Notes under the pieces: model-generated | Seen by the model: the letters and a program-made list of their open reading frames with translations, nothing else | Databases searched by the model: none | Told to the model about the DNA's origin: nothing | Origin: an uncultured cyanobacterium | Lineage (GTDB): Bacteria; Cyanobacteriota; Cyanobacteriia; Phormidesmidales; Phormidesmidaceae | NCBI GenBank assembly: GCA_963793265.1 | Contig: CAWBZI010000001.1 | Coordinates: forward strand, 1,472,001 to 1,536,000 | Direction of reading: 5' to 3' | DNA length: 64,000 nucleotides | Program-made: the position numbers and the translations under genes | Shown here: positions 20,727 through 31,462 of the stretch, piece by piece | Layout: every line of letters starts with the position of its first letter | Numbering within the stretch: position 1 is the stretch's first letter

Positions 20727-23495
20727 TTATGAATCACTATCGCGAGTGACAGCGATCACGGTTTCGGTGACCTGCTCAAAGGTGTCGTCGTGGCTGATTA
20801 CAAATAGCTGATTGAATGACTTAAGTCGGGCGATCGCCTCTGCTAATCCCGCCCTTCTCGACCTATCCATATTGGTTGTCGGCTCGTCAAAGAAGGCAAC
20901 GTCAATATCTGCCAGTATTTTCAATAGCGCGAGCCGAACGGCTAAGGCCGCGCACATTTGCTCGCCGCCTGATAGGTTAATGAATCGACGCGTGAATGCA
21001 CCTTCTTGCACTGTAATTTCGTAGTCAGCGCTCCAGGTAAGCGCTACGTTCTGTCGGCCTATTAGTTCGCGAAAGAGTCGGTCGGCTTCACGAGAAATGT
21101 TGTGTACGTAGCGTTCGGTGATGCGTGGCCCGGCGGCTTTGTACACCTTGCGGGCATAGCTGATAAAGCGCTTGAGGCGATCGCTCTCCTTTAGCTCTGC
21201 TTGCGCCTTATCACGCTTTTGAGCGATCGCTCTGAGCCCCTCTATCTGCTTTGTAAACTCCACAAACCGCTGCCGCTGCTGAGGCAAAGATCCTCTAAGC
21301 TGGTCAGCCTGTGAGGTCACCTCGCCTAAGCGTTTCTCTAAGTCAGCAAAAGCCTCTGGATCGAACGCAGCTAGTAGGGCTTCTAGCTGTTTATCCAAGT
21401 TGCTCTGTTGCGTTTGTAGTTGAGTAACTGCTTTCTCAGTTGCTTGAGCCTCCATCTCAATAGATTCGATTTGGGCTGCGGCCTGTTGATTTTGCAGGTA
21501 TAGCAGATAGCCCGCCTGGTGGCTTTGCTTGAGCTGCTGCTGTGCCTGCATTTGTTCGTCTAAAGGTTCAAAGGCTTTGATCTGCCGGGTGATCGCCTCC
21601 ATCTGCTCAGCATTCTCTTTCTGTGCGGCTACTAGCGCCTTGTGCTGTTGTATGACGGCTGGCTGCTGCTGAAGCGTTCTCTGCAACAGTTGTTGCTTTC
21701 CTTTGGGGTTATCTAACTTCTGAATTTGAGCGTCCGTTTCATCAAATGCCTTTGTCGTATCTGCTTCAGTCTCAAGCTGTTTAGCAAGTTCGCTGAGCGC
21801 CTGCTGAATAGACTGCCTTTGCGTCGTAAGCTGCTCGTGTTTAGCTTGTTTCGAGCTTAGTCCCATCAGTTCTGCCTTTTGTGCATAAGCTCTTTGTAAC
21901 TGAGTTCGCAGCTCTCTTTGCTGCTGCTGTATGCGCGGCCTATCAATTTGCTCGCTCAAGTCCGTGAGAATATTGTTGAGTTTTTTCAAGGTTTCTTTAG
22001 AGAGGATACCGCCTTGAAAGAGGGCGGCTTTGATAGGAGAGATCGCCTCACCATCTAATCCATCAAAATCGTTTGTCCACCCTTCTAGCGTTTGCAGGGC
22101 AACGACAACCTGCTGCCGATAGTCGTCTTGCTGCGTCTGTCCCGTTTCGGTAAGCGCCCTTAGCTCCTGCTCAAACTGCTGCGCAGCCTCTACCCGACTC
22201 AACTGCTGCTGAATACGGCTCTGCTGCTCCTCCCACTGCGGAATATGTTCGGTGATTGCTCTTAGCGTCTCTAACCTTTTGAGTTCAGCGCCTACTTGAT
22301 CGATCTCTCGAACCAAGCTCCTTTCTTGCGCTGCTAAGTTCTTTTGCTGAAAACGGACGTTGGCAAAGGCTTGAGTTTTATCTTGCAAGGCTCTCTTTTC
22401 AGCTTCTAGTCGGCTTTGAGTCGCAATGTCTTCACCCAGTCCAGAAAGCTCTTTCTCAGCAGCAACAAACTGTTCTAGTTTTGTTTCTAGTCGGACGATA
22501 TCGCTTTGGCTTTTAGCGATCGCCTGCTGCTGCTGCTGCTGTTGATTCAAAACCTGCTGCCGCCGTTGGCTGCTCTCACTAAGCGCCTTAATCTGAGCTT
22601 CTGCGGCCAAAAAACTATCGTAAGCAGATTGCTGTTGCTTACAAACATCTCCAGCCTGCCGAGCTTTAATAAGGGCTGCTTCCGTTCGTCTTTGAGCCTG
22701 CTGCTGAGCCTCTAGCTGACTAGCAATCTGTTGTTGTTGGGCTCGCGCAGTCTGTAATTGCTCAGCCTGGTTTTGAATCTCTTGCTTCTGTTCAGTGAGC
22801 TGCTTGCCCTTTGTCTCTAGCTCAGTGAGCTGGTTTTCGCCCTGAGTAATGTCGGCCTGTAGCTGCACGTAGCTAGCCTGTAGCGTTTCCCAGCTTTGTA
22901 GTGACTCTTCGTACTGCTCAATTAAGTCCTTTAGCCTTTGCGATCGCGCCTCACCATACTTTCTCAAACCATTACTTTGCGTAAAAGCCGCCCGGTATTC
23001 TTCTACCTTAAGCACCGTATCAAAAATAGGCTTTCGCTTCTCAGTAGGCAATAGAAAATCAACGGTAAAAGTGCCCTGCGGAATGCCGAGCGTGTTGGCA
23101 AATAGCTGCGCAAGATCAGTGCCTGCTGATACGCCCAAATGCTGTCTTAGCCAGGGCAACACTTCATCTTTGGTACGAGTGTACGGCAGCCGCTCGTTGA
23201 GCTGTGGATCGAATATTAGATAGCCCTGTGAGGTCGAGCGTCGCACCTCGTAAGTGCGGCTGTCGCGGCTAGAGATGAAAGCGACCCTCGCTTGGGCGCT
23301 GCTAGCCCCGTTGCGGATGAAGTCTTCTTTTTTGTAGCTGCCTTGATAGTTGAAAAGAACCCAGGCGATCGCCTCTAAAATGCTTGTTTTGCCCGCACCA
23401 TTCTCTCCGCAGATAGCATTAGTGCCTGGCTGGAACTCAAAGTGCTTGTCTTTATGTGCTTTAAAGTTGTTGAGCGTGACCGAGAGAATTTGCAT
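20727..23495 (-). CDS. sbcC: SbcC/Rad50-type SMC ATPase
   Basis: GENGAGKTS, long Gln-rich coiled coil, LSGGE signature, FFDEPT and ISHD. Start placed at MQILSV. Confidence 0.88.
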   Translation of the reverse strand: MQILSVTLNNFKAHKDKHFEFQPGTNAICGENGAGKTSILEAIAWVLFNYQGSYKKEDFIRNGASSAQARVAFISSRDSRTYEVRRSTSQGYLIFDPQLNERLPYTRTKDEVLPWLRQHLGVSAGTDLAQLFANTLGIPQGTFTVDFLLPTEKRKPIFDTVLKVEEYRAAFTQSNGLRKYGEARSQRLKDLIEQYEESLQSWETLQASYVQLQADITQGENQLTELETKGKQLTEQKQEIQNQAEQLQTARAQQQQIASQLEAQQQAQRRTEAALIKARQAGDVCKQQQSAYDSFLAAEAQIKALSESSQRRQQVLNQQQQQQQAIAKSQSDIVRLETKLEQFVAAEKELSGLGEDIATQSRLEAEKRALQDKTQAFANVRFQQKNLAAQERSLVREIDQVGAELKRLETLRAITEHIPQWEEQQSRIQQQLSRVEAAQQFEQELRALTETGQTQQDDYRQQVVVALQTLEGWTNDFDGLDGEAISPIKAALFQGGILSKETLKKLNNILTDLSEQIDRPRIQQQQRELRTQLQRAYAQKAELMGLSSKQAKHEQLTTQRQSIQQALSELAKQLETEADTTKAFDETDAQIQKLDNPKGKQQLLQRTLQQQPAVIQQHKALVAAQKENAEQMEAITRQIKAFEPLDEQMQAQQQLKQSHQAGYLLYLQNQQAAAQIESIEMEAQATEKAVTQLQTQQSNLDKQLEALLAAFDPEAFADLEKRLGEVTSQADQLRGSLPQQRQRFVEFTKQIEGLRAIAQKRDKAQAELKESDRLKRFISYARKVYKAAGPRITERYVHNISREADRLFRELIGRQNVALTWSADYEITVQEGAFTRRFINLSGGEQMCAALAVRLALLKILADIDVAFFDEPTTNMDRSRRAGLAEAIARLKSFNQLFVISHDDTFEQVTETVIAVTRDSDS

Positions 23496-23598
23496 TCTTT
23501 TTGCATTCTTAGGGCTAGCAAGGGGCAAGAGCCGTCATACAAGCGTACTATAGCTCTCAACTATATTGCTTAGCCCCAGCAAAGTTAGCAAATCCTCA

Positions 23599-26439
23599 TC
23601 AATTTCCGCTACCAACGGCTGCAGGTTCAGGCACAATCACAGGCTGGATGGCAGCCGACGCTTCTGCATCCCTATGTTGAAACTTCCAAAGCTCTATCAT
23701 TTCATTGGGGTTATTAGGCGAAGGCACCTGACCCCAAAGGGTCATCACATAGTCTTCACCGACTAGCGTAGGCGGAAATGCGGGCGTTAGCATGGCAGCA
23801 GGTGAACGTTCAGTTTCTGATGAGGATGCTTCTGGAGGTTGTGCTGGTATGGGCACAGGCGCTTTGCTTCTAGGCGTTCTCGTTTGAGGTGTTTTGGGTT
23901 CAGGCATTCTAGTCCGCTTCTGCCATAGTCCAGGTGAAGTGTTTGCTTCAGCGTCAGTGCTGGCCTCTGGGCGGCTACTAGAAGGCATATCCCCTTCTAT
24001 CTCAACCTGTGCTGGTGGCTGATGATGCATCGGAGGAAAAACCAACCGGCTAATTAAGTGAGCGGCGATTCCGGCAATGAGTGCCAGCGGAATGAGCATG
24101 CTGGTGCGGAGTCTTAGCCGAGTTTGCGACTTTCGACTAGCGGCGATGTACTCCTGTGCTAGGTGTGACAGCTCGTCTCTATGTAGCTGTACAAACGCTA
24201 TCGTTTCCTGTAGCTGGCTGCCGCCTAGCAGATATTCGCTACCCTTAGGCCGATTTCGCTGTGACCACTCCTGCGCGCTGCTCTCCAATCGGCGCTGTAG
24301 GCGTAAGATGCTGCGAGATTCGGCAAGCCAGGTGCGGAGCAAATCCCAGTCATTAACCAGAGATTTATGGACAACCTCAATGGTTCTTGGTGAGCCTGTA
24401 ATCGGTAGCGCAGCATCAGATGCGTTATTAACAAACCAAGTTTTGAGCGGCGACGATTCGTCATGCTGCGTTTGCCAGACGGCGGTTGGCATCTCAGTAC
24501 CTTGCGTTTGATCAGGGCAGCAGCAGCTACTCGAAATAGCCGCTTGAGAAACGACCACAAGCCTTTCGGCCGTAAGCTTATCTAGCGTGCAGTCAATCAG
24601 CTCAGCCGGAAAGTTCTCGTTAATCAGTTCGCTTCTAAAGGCGCGCCGACGATCGTCCTCTCGCCCCTCGCCAAGCTCGCACAGACCCAAAAAGATCCGC
24701 CTGGCTGCTCGTTTCATCTCATCGTCTAAGCTGCCATACACAGCCGTCGCCCGAGTCTTGAGAATGTCTCTAACGCTGCCGATATCGGTATAGGCTTCTA
24801 GCGTTAGCTTAGGCTTAGTACCTCCCCGTTCGCTAGAATCTCGTCGCCGCCACAGCTCCAAAAGCGTCTGCTGAATCAACGGCAGCTCTCCAGGAGCGCC
24901 CGTTGTATCTAGCGTGAGGAAATGAAGGAGCTGAGGATCTATCTCAATATCCATCTTTTCAGCAGGCTTTGTGATGACCTCTTTGATCTGCTCGTAGCTC
25001 ATCGGAGAAACGACCAGCGTATGCTTCTCTACAAGTGTCTTGAACTCTTCGTAAGGGATCAGCCCGTCCATGGCATCTGCACGCAAGCCGATAACAATGC
25101 CGATGGGCGTACTCGGATCGCTCAGCGCTTTCGTAAGACAGCGAATAAATAGCGATCGCTCCGCTGCCACGGCTGGATCCTTGGTAGTACCTAGTAGCTC
25201 TTCAAACTGATCGATTACCAGCCATAGTTTTGAGGTTGCTGGAATTGAGGTTTCACCGGGCTTGAGGAGACTGGCCCTAACAAGCTGAGACAGGCCGCTA
25301 CCGTCGCTTTCATTTAAGAATTTCTCGGCCTGGTGAAGTTGACTGGCGCGCTGAATGCCGTCAGTAGTAGCTGTGCTGAAGGCCGCGGCTAGGCTTTTGA
25401 TAGGGTGGAGCGTAGGCGTGATGTGCTTGAGGCTCCACTGGTCGCTGCCTTCGATGTGGGTACCTTTTCGTAGGTGATAGATAAGGCCCGCGCGAAGGAG
25501 AGACGTTTTGCCGCTGCTAGACGCGCCAACGACAGCACAGAAGTTATCTTCGCTGACGGCTTTGAGTAGCTTATTAGTAAGCTCTTTGCGGCCAAAGAAG
25601 TAGTCTGCGTGGGCTTCGTCAAAAGGCGATAGACCTCGGTAAGGGCAAAAGCCGAAGGTGAGCTTTTTGATCCTGGCTAGGGTGCTGATAGGCGTTTTTG
25701 AAATAGCGGCCTGTAGTCCGGTCATTCGAGTAATGACGATTTCGCTACCTGAGCTTTCAAACAAAGGCTGCTGAATTTCGCCGCGCAGGCTCTGGCTAAC
25801 GTGCTCGGTGAGGCTGTAGTTGCTGACCTTGCCGCCTGCTTGCTGATGTGGATCAAGGCCAGAGAGTAAGGCTTTGGTAAAGACGCTGTGCTTGCCTTCA
25901 ATTGATTCGTAGGCGGACTCGTATTCTCTAGAAGCAGCCATGAACAGGCGGTCTATGCCCGCGCGTGCGCCAGGGTCGGCTTCGTTAAAGGCGAGCAGGC
26001 TGCCGCTGTGGCAGCAGTCTAAAATGACAATGATTTGGCGGACGGGGCTTTGCTGCAATAGCCGTCGTAGCCAGTTAAGCGGAATACCGAAGTTGCCTTT
26101 GCTCGGATCAGTGTCGCTAGTCGCTAGATAGCCCTCTTGAACGCCTGCTTCGCGCTGTAAGCCGTGACCTGAGAAATAAAACAATGCCGTTGCCGGGATG
26201 TTTTTACCTTTGGGCTTAAAAAGCTGAATAAGGGACTCTTCCAGCATTTGTGTGGTGACTTTGTTGCGACTGCTGATGACAGGACGCCCTTTTTTGATCG
26301 CTTCAGGTAGCCGGTGTACCCGGAACTCGCCTTGAGTCTGCAAGCGTCCGGCAACTGCCTCAGCGTCTGCGGCTGGCGCATTGAGCGGCGGCAACGACTG
26401 ATACTGGTTGATGCCAACAATTAGCGCATCCCGTGACAT
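23599..26439 (-). CDS. Caspase-family (peptidase C14) domain + nSTAND-type NTPase + TM helix + Pro-rich tail
   Basis: ALIVGINQY, YFSGHG (His) and LDCCHSG (Cys); CPYRGL..F, GASSSGKTS and LVIDQFEE; TM MLIPLALIAGIAAHLI. Confidence 0.9.
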   Translation of the reverse strand: MSRDALIVGINQYQSLPPLNAPAADAEAVAGRLQTQGEFRVHRLPEAIKKGRPVISSRNKVTTQMLEESLIQLFKPKGKNIPATALFYFSGHGLQREAGVQEGYLATSDTDPSKGNFGIPLNWLRRLLQQSPVRQIIVILDCCHSGSLLAFNEADPGARAGIDRLFMAASREYESAYESIEGKHSVFTKALLSGLDPHQQAGGKVSNYSLTEHVSQSLRGEIQQPLFESSGSEIVITRMTGLQAAISKTPISTLARIKKLTFGFCPYRGLSPFDEAHADYFFGRKELTNKLLKAVSEDNFCAVVGASSSGKTSLLRAGLIYHLRKGTHIEGSDQWSLKHITPTLHPIKSLAAAFSTATTDGIQRASQLHQAEKFLNESDGSGLSQLVRASLLKPGETSIPATSKLWLVIDQFEELLGTTKDPAVAAERSLFIRCLTKALSDPSTPIGIVIGLRADAMDGLIPYEEFKTLVEKHTLVVSPMSYEQIKEVITKPAEKMDIEIDPQLLHFLTLDTTGAPGELPLIQQTLLELWRRRDSSERGGTKPKLTLEAYTDIGSVRDILKTRATAVYGSLDDEMKRAARRIFLGLCELGEGREDDRRRAFRSELINENFPAELIDCTLDKLTAERLVVVSQAAISSSCCCPDQTQGTEMPTAVWQTQHDESSPLKTWFVNNASDAALPITGSPRTIEVVHKSLVNDWDLLRTWLAESRSILRLQRRLESSAQEWSQRNRPKGSEYLLGGSQLQETIAFVQLHRDELSHLAQEYIAASRKSQTRLRLRTSMLIPLALIAGIAAHLISRLVFPPMHHQPPAQVEIEGDMPSSSRPEASTDAEANTSPGLWQKRTRMPEPKTPQTRTPRSKAPVPIPAQPPEASSSETERSPAAMLTPAFPPTLVGEDYVMTLWGQVPSPNNPNEMIELWKFQHRDAEASAAIQPVIVPEPAAVGSGN

Positions 26440-27280
26440 GAGCAAAACACCCTTATGCAAAAGTAGCGTGCGACGTTTTTTGGCAAGGTCACTTTGTTAG
26501 AAAGTTGTCTTTTGGCCGAAAAACGTCGCGCGGAGTTATGAAGCAAGCTGGCGACTTGAATGTGTCAGCAGACTCGAAAAGAATGCGATAGCAGCAAACT
26601 TACCTTCATGAGTTCCCCGTGAAAATCGACTTGAAGACTTCTCTAAACCAACTCAACAAACAATTAAGATAAGTTGATTCATCAAGCCCTTTTGGTCGGC
26701 TTCCTAGATGAAGATAGACAACTTTTAAAGCAAATAAACAGGGGGTCTGCACCCTCACCCCACATACAGCAAAAAAGGTTGATATACCGTGATTACCATT
26801 GACTTAGGGGCAACTACTTAAGGGGTTCTTTTGATATCAAGTGGGCTTGATATGCATCTCTTAAGTCCTAGTTAAAATTACATAATGGAGGATATCTTTG
26901 CGCGATATTCGGACGTGTATTTGCCGAGATAGAGAGGCTGCGATCGCCCAGCATCAAAAAAGATTGTTTCCAACTAAGCCATTTAGCTTATTTATATTTT
27001 CAGCAAAAAATCAGTACAAAAAACGATGAACTGTCAAAAAAACGTTGATGGATTCAGTTTATTCTCTCAATACAACAAATTTGATTGATTAATAGTTTAT
27101 AAGCACTTTTTAGCAATCTTGTTACTTTTTTGGAGTGAACATATTGCGCATAAAATCAAGCTAAATTGATGATTAAGAAAGACGCGCTGATACCGTTTAA
27201 ATAAAGATGTTTATTAGCCTGTTAGTTGAATCGGTACATCAGCTTTTTCAATGGCTTCGATAGCTACTTTCTTATGCTCT

Positions 27281-28309
27281 TCAGGGCTTCAAGATGTATT
27301 TACCAATGTGATTGCCGGTTGCCATTGCTGTATGAGCCTCGCGCACCTGATCGAGCTTAAATATTTCAGCAATCGGCATTTGATAGCTGCCATCTGCCAC
27401 GTGCCTAAGAATGTGTGAGTAGCCCTTTGTCTCAGCGGGGGTGCCCGCTACAGCATTGAGTAGCCAGCCTTTAATCGCCGCGTCTTTACGAATGAGCGGA
27501 GAAATATCAACGGGGCCAACCAAGCCCAAGAGCCCATATGCCCAAAGTGTGCCACCTTGAGCGAGCAGGCGAATCTCATGGTGCAAGAAGTCTCCGGCAG
27601 CGACAGGATCGAAAATGACATCGACGCCTTTTCCCTGGGTCAGCTTTTTGACGGTGCGCCACCACGGGGTTAATTCTGATGATTGACTGGTGACGACGAT
27701 GTGGTCGTACTGGGCAGCGGGCGATCGCGTCAAAATCTCAACTTTCTCAGGGCTAGTCGTTGTCCCGATCGTAATGCCACCTCGTTTTTTGACAATCTGA
27801 CTGGCTGCGATCGCCACGCTACTACTGGCCGCAGGCAGCAACACAACCTGATTCGCCTGCACATTTTGCCGCCACACCAGCGCCCCCCACGCCGTTAAAA
27901 ACGGTAACCACAGCGCCCCTATCAGCTCGTCACTAATCCCATCAGGTACCGGAATCGTATCGGTAGCAAGCGCGATGAAATGCGAGCGATACGTTCCCTT
28001 TTGCTGGTCGTTACGCTGTGGGGCTCCCAGGCTTAAGATGACGCGCTGTCCGATTTTTCGATCTGTAACGTTATTGCCGATAGCAGCGATCGCACCCCCA
28101 CCCTCAATGCCTGGCGTAAAAGGCGGCTCTCCAGAACTCAGCCGGTACTCACCTCGCCGCGCCATCAGATCTGCCTGGTTCATACCAATGCTGGTGAGCG
28201 CAACTACCACTTCATCAGGCCCAGGCTGCGAGGGCCGCTCGGTTTCTATCTGAAGGTTTTCGACGCCACCAAAAGATGTAACAACAATTTTCTGCCTGGT
28301 GTTTTTCAT
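27281..28309 (-). CDS. MDR-family quinone oxidoreductase / zinc-type alcohol dehydrogenase-like protein
   Basis: GMNQADL..R.G.Y, PG.EG.G, AASSSVAIAA.Q and GNHIGK. Confidence 0.9.
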   Translation of the reverse strand: MKNTRQKIVVTSFGGVENLQIETERPSQPGPDEVVVALTSIGMNQADLMARRGEYRLSSGEPPFTPGIEGGGAIAAIGNNVTDRKIGQRVILSLGAPQRNDQQKGTYRSHFIALATDTIPVPDGISDELIGALWLPFLTAWGALVWRQNVQANQVVLLPAASSSVAIAASQIVKKRGGITIGTTTSPEKVEILTRSPAAQYDHIVVTSQSSELTPWWRTVKKLTQGKGVDVIFDPVAAGDFLHHEIRLLAQGGTLWAYGLLGLVGPVDISPLIRKDAAIKGWLLNAVAGTPAETKGYSHILRHVADGSYQMPIAEIFKLDQVREAHTAMATGNHIGKYILKP

Positions 28310-28487
28310 AGAGCGTTTTTTAATGGGGTATCTATCGAGATAGGAATAGACGCTATTTGGGCCTTTAGCTGCGCTGAAGTGGAAACCCTGAACCTATATG
28401 GGTTGCTGTTTAAGGGGTTCTCACCGCTGGGTAGACAAAGAGAGACGACCGTCTATTATCTCAGGGGACTACGACCGCGTGAATACA

Positions 28488-28772
28488 ATGTGGACGAGCG
28501 ACAACGAGTTGAAAATTAATCCACCTTGCTGGGAGAGCGCACTGTTCTTTTTAGACACGTTCACCTATATGGACTCCGAGTTTGGCGTGGTCGATTTGGT
28601 TTCTACTGGCATGTTCGACCTATCTCATCCTGAAACGGCCGAGGAGCTGGATTTAAAGAAGGCGCTACGAGCTATCCGTCAGAAAACGTCAATCGCTAAG
28701 TCTATTGTGAAGTGGATTGCCGAAAACGAAGATTTACTCGAAGACTATCCCGAGCATCTGCGACGTTCTTAA
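28488..28772 (+). CDS. Hypothetical acidic protein (about 94 aa)
   Basis: ORF fills the gap between two minus-strand genes. Start uncertain (28398 or 28488). No family recognised. Confidence 0.55.
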   Translation: MWTSDNELKINPPCWESALFFLDTFTYMDSEFGVVDLVSTGMFDLSHPETAEELDLKKALRAIRQKTSIAKSIVKWIAENEDLLEDYPEHLRRS

Positions 28773-28780
28773 TGGGTGCT

Positions 28781-30076
28781 TTAAAGATCGACTCGAAGCC
28801 TGACTGAATCGCCATGTGAGGGCAGCCCTTCGGCTCGGGTGAGCACGTCAATGTCTTCGGCAATGTCTTTTAAGGCCGCCTGGGTGTATTGCACCAGGCT
28901 GGTGTGCTTCATAAAGGTTTCAGTGCTAAGCGGTGAGGCATAGCGGGCCGCGCCTGATGTCGGCAGCGTGTGGTTAGGCCCAGCGATATAGTCGCCTACG
29001 GCTTCGGGCGTGTCGTGACCTAAGAATATAGCTCCGGCCTGATGGATGCTCGGTAGCAAGTCCCAAGGGTCTTCAACTTCTAGCTCCAAGTGCTCGGGGG
29101 CAAAGCGGTCGGAGAGTTCGGCGGCAGTTTCTAGCGTGTCGGTGACGACGATTAGGCCGTAGTTAGCGATCGCCTTCTCAGTAAGCGTCTGTCTAGGGTG
29201 GTGCTCTAGCTGGCGTGAAACCTCAGCCGAAACCGCTGCAGCAATGCTTTGTTCAGTTGTAATTAAGATGGCCGCAGCGAGCGGGTCGTGTTCGGCTTGT
29301 GCAAGCAAATCGGCGGCGACGTGCACAGGGTTCGCGCTGTAGTCGGCAATAATCAAAACCTCTGACGGGCCTGCGAGTGAGTCGATACCGACAGTGCCGT
29401 AGACCTGTTTTTTGGCGAGGGTAACGTATATATTGCCAGGGCCAGTGATCACATCTACATTTGGAATGGTGGCGGTGCCGTAGGCTAAAGCTGCGATCGC
29501 CTGCGCTCCCCCTACCTGATAAATCTCTTCAATCCCCGCCTCTTGGGCAGCGACTAATACGGCTGGACTGATATTTCCATTTGCACTAATAGGCGTGACC
29601 ATCACAACTCTAGGGACGCCTGCCACCCGCGCTGGAATAGCATTCATCATCACGGTGCTGGGGTAGCTGGCCCGACCGCCAGGGACGTAGATGCCTGCTT
29701 TATCGACGGGACTGTAGCGCTTGCCTAATACGACACCGTTTTCTTCAAAGGTGACCCAGCTTTTAGGAAGTCGCTGCTGGTGAAATTTTTCAATATTTTT
29801 GCAGGCTTTTTGAATCGCCTTCAGCAGCCCTTTAGAAATTTGCTGATAGGCCGCATCTAGCTGAGCGCCATCTACTTTAAGCGTGGCGGCGGTGAGGATT
29901 TGCCGGTCAAACTTTTCGGTGTAGTGAATTAAAGCGTCGTCGCCCTTTAGTCGCACCGCGTCGATAATTTCGCGAACGGTGGCTTCTTGGTCGGTAACCT
30001 GTGCGTTTTGGGTGCGATCGCAAATGCGCTGTAGCTCTGCTTTAGCATCACTGAGCTGATGGATAATTCGCATCAT
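28781..30076 (-). CDS. hisD: Histidinol dehydrogenase
   Basis: GIYVPGG, GGAQAIAALAYGT, GPGN.YV, AGPSE, QAEHD, APEHLE and GPNHTLPT. Confidence 0.98.
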   Translation of the reverse strand: MMRIIHQLSDAKAELQRICDRTQNAQVTDQEATVREIIDAVRLKGDDALIHYTEKFDRQILTAATLKVDGAQLDAAYQQISKGLLKAIQKACKNIEKFHQQRLPKSWVTFEENGVVLGKRYSPVDKAGIYVPGGRASYPSTVMMNAIPARVAGVPRVVMVTPISANGNISPAVLVAAQEAGIEEIYQVGGAQAIAALAYGTATIPNVDVITGPGNIYVTLAKKQVYGTVGIDSLAGPSEVLIIADYSANPVHVAADLLAQAEHDPLAAAILITTEQSIAAAVSAEVSRQLEHHPRQTLTEKAIANYGLIVVTDTLETAAELSDRFAPEHLELEVEDPWDLLPSIHQAGAIFLGHDTPEAVGDYIAGPNHTLPTSGAARYASPLSTETFMKHTSLVQYTQAALKDIAEDIDVLTRAEGLPSHGDSVRLRVDL

Positions 30077-30272
30077 GAAGAGAAGGCGTATGCAATAATC
30101 ACCAGCTTAGCGTGGAATCTCAAAGCAGATCTGAAGCTTGTACGGATCTCAAATGTGCTTTTGCGCACGCGGCAACTGCCCAAAAAAGGATCTGGGCATG
30201 TCATATATGAATATTCGATGTTATGATGGCATATCCTAATAGCCTTCTCTCAAATATATCTACGGGCAAGTA

Positions 30273-30578
30273 ATGGCAAATACTAAATCTGCGCTTAAGC
30301 GTATCAAAGTTGCAGAGCGAAATCGTTTGCGCAATAAAGCATATAAGTCGGCGGTGAAGACATTCACAAAGCGCTATCACGAAGCGGTAGCCGCTCACGA
30401 AGCATCGCCTTCTGAAGAGAGCGAAAAGCTTGTGCAAGAAAGAATGTCTATGGCCTACAGCAAAATCGATAAGGCTGTAAAGCGCGGCGTGTTTCATCGC
30501 AACGCAGGCGCTAGACGCAAGTCTAATTTGGCTAAGGTGCTCAAAAACGACAGCGTTAACGACAGCGTGAGCGCATAG
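30273..30578 (+). CDS. rpsT: 30S ribosomal protein S20
   Basis: [11 protein letters not shown]...RNK.YKS...[16 protein letters not shown]. Confidence 0.97.
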   Translation: MANTKSALKRIKVAERNRLRNKAYKSAVKTFTKRYHEAVAAHEASPSEESEKLVQERMSMAYSKIDKAVKRGVFHRNAGARRKSNLAKVLKNDSVNDSVSA

Positions 30579-30664
30579 TTTTTTCGCGTAGTGCATCACG
30601 TCAGGCGACCTGTGAGATCTCTTTTAAGACCTTTTTAGTTTAAGACCTTTTTAGATGGGGTTGA

Positions 30665-31462
30665 ATGCGCTTAGTCGATACACACGTCCATATCAATTTT
30701 GACTCGTTCGATGAGGATCGAGATGCGGTTGCAGCAGCTTGGAGACAGGCGGGTGTGGCTCATTTGGTGCACTCTTGTGTTGATCCTAGTGAGTTTGAGA
30801 AAATTCGGGCGATCGCCCAGCGCTATCCAGAAGTGTCTATGGCGGTCGGGCTGCATCCCCTAGACATGGACAAGTGGACGCCTGAAACGGCTGAGCAGAT
30901 TGCAACCCTTGCGGCCAGCGAGCCAAAGGTGGTTGCAATTGGTGAAATGGGTCTTGATTTTTTTAAGGCTGATGATAAAGCCGTTCAAAAGCAGGCTTTT
31001 TTGGCTCAGCTAGAGATTGCTCAGTCGCTGGACTTGCCGGTGATTATTCACTGCCGAGAAGCGGCGGCTGAGATGGCAGATTTGCTATCGGACTTTATTG
31101 CCCAGAAAGGCTCTGTCAAAGGTGTGATGCACTGTTGGACAGGGAGCCCAGAGGAGACTCAGCAGTTTTTGGATCTGGGATTTTTTGTGAGCTTTAGCGG
31201 GATCGTTACTTTTAAGAGTGCGACTCAGGTTAAGGCTTCAGCTCAGATGGTGCCAAGCGATCGCCTCCTCGTCGAAACGGACTGTCCTTTCCTTTCTCCC
31301 GTACCCAAGCGCAAAGAAAAACGCAATCAGCCTGCTTTTGTTAGGCATGTTGCTGAGCATGTTGCCGAGCTGAGAGGGATTTCCTTGGAAGTGCTTGCTC
31401 AACAAACTACACAGAACGCTCAACAGTTGTTCCACCTACCTGCTGAACTTCTATCGCCATAG
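30665..31462 (+). CDS. tatD: TatD family DNase
   Basis: DTHVH, GLHP, IGEMGLD, IHCREA, HCWTG and ETDCPFL. Conserved rpsT-tatD-rpoB order. Confidence 0.95.
   Translation: MRLVDTHVHINFDSFDEDRDAVAAAWRQAGVAHLVHSCVDPSEFEKIRAIAQRYPEVSMAVGLHPLDMDKWTPETAEQIATLAASEPKVVAIGEMGLDFFKADDKAVQKQAFLAQLEIAQSLDLPVIIHCREAAAEMADLLSDFIAQKGSVKGVMHCWTGSPEETQQFLDLGFFVSFSGIVTFKSATQVKASAQMVPSDRLLVETDCPFLSPVPKRKEKRNQPAFVRHVAEHVAELRGISLEVLAQQTTQNAQQLFHLPAELLSP

Noticed and set aside
20727..26439. Caspase-STAND plus SMC ATPase as one defence operon (Lamassu/Wadjet-like)
   Set aside because: The SMC protein looks like a housekeeping SbcC with HIP1 sites throughout, and there are no kleisin or effector partners. Adjacency alone is insufficient.
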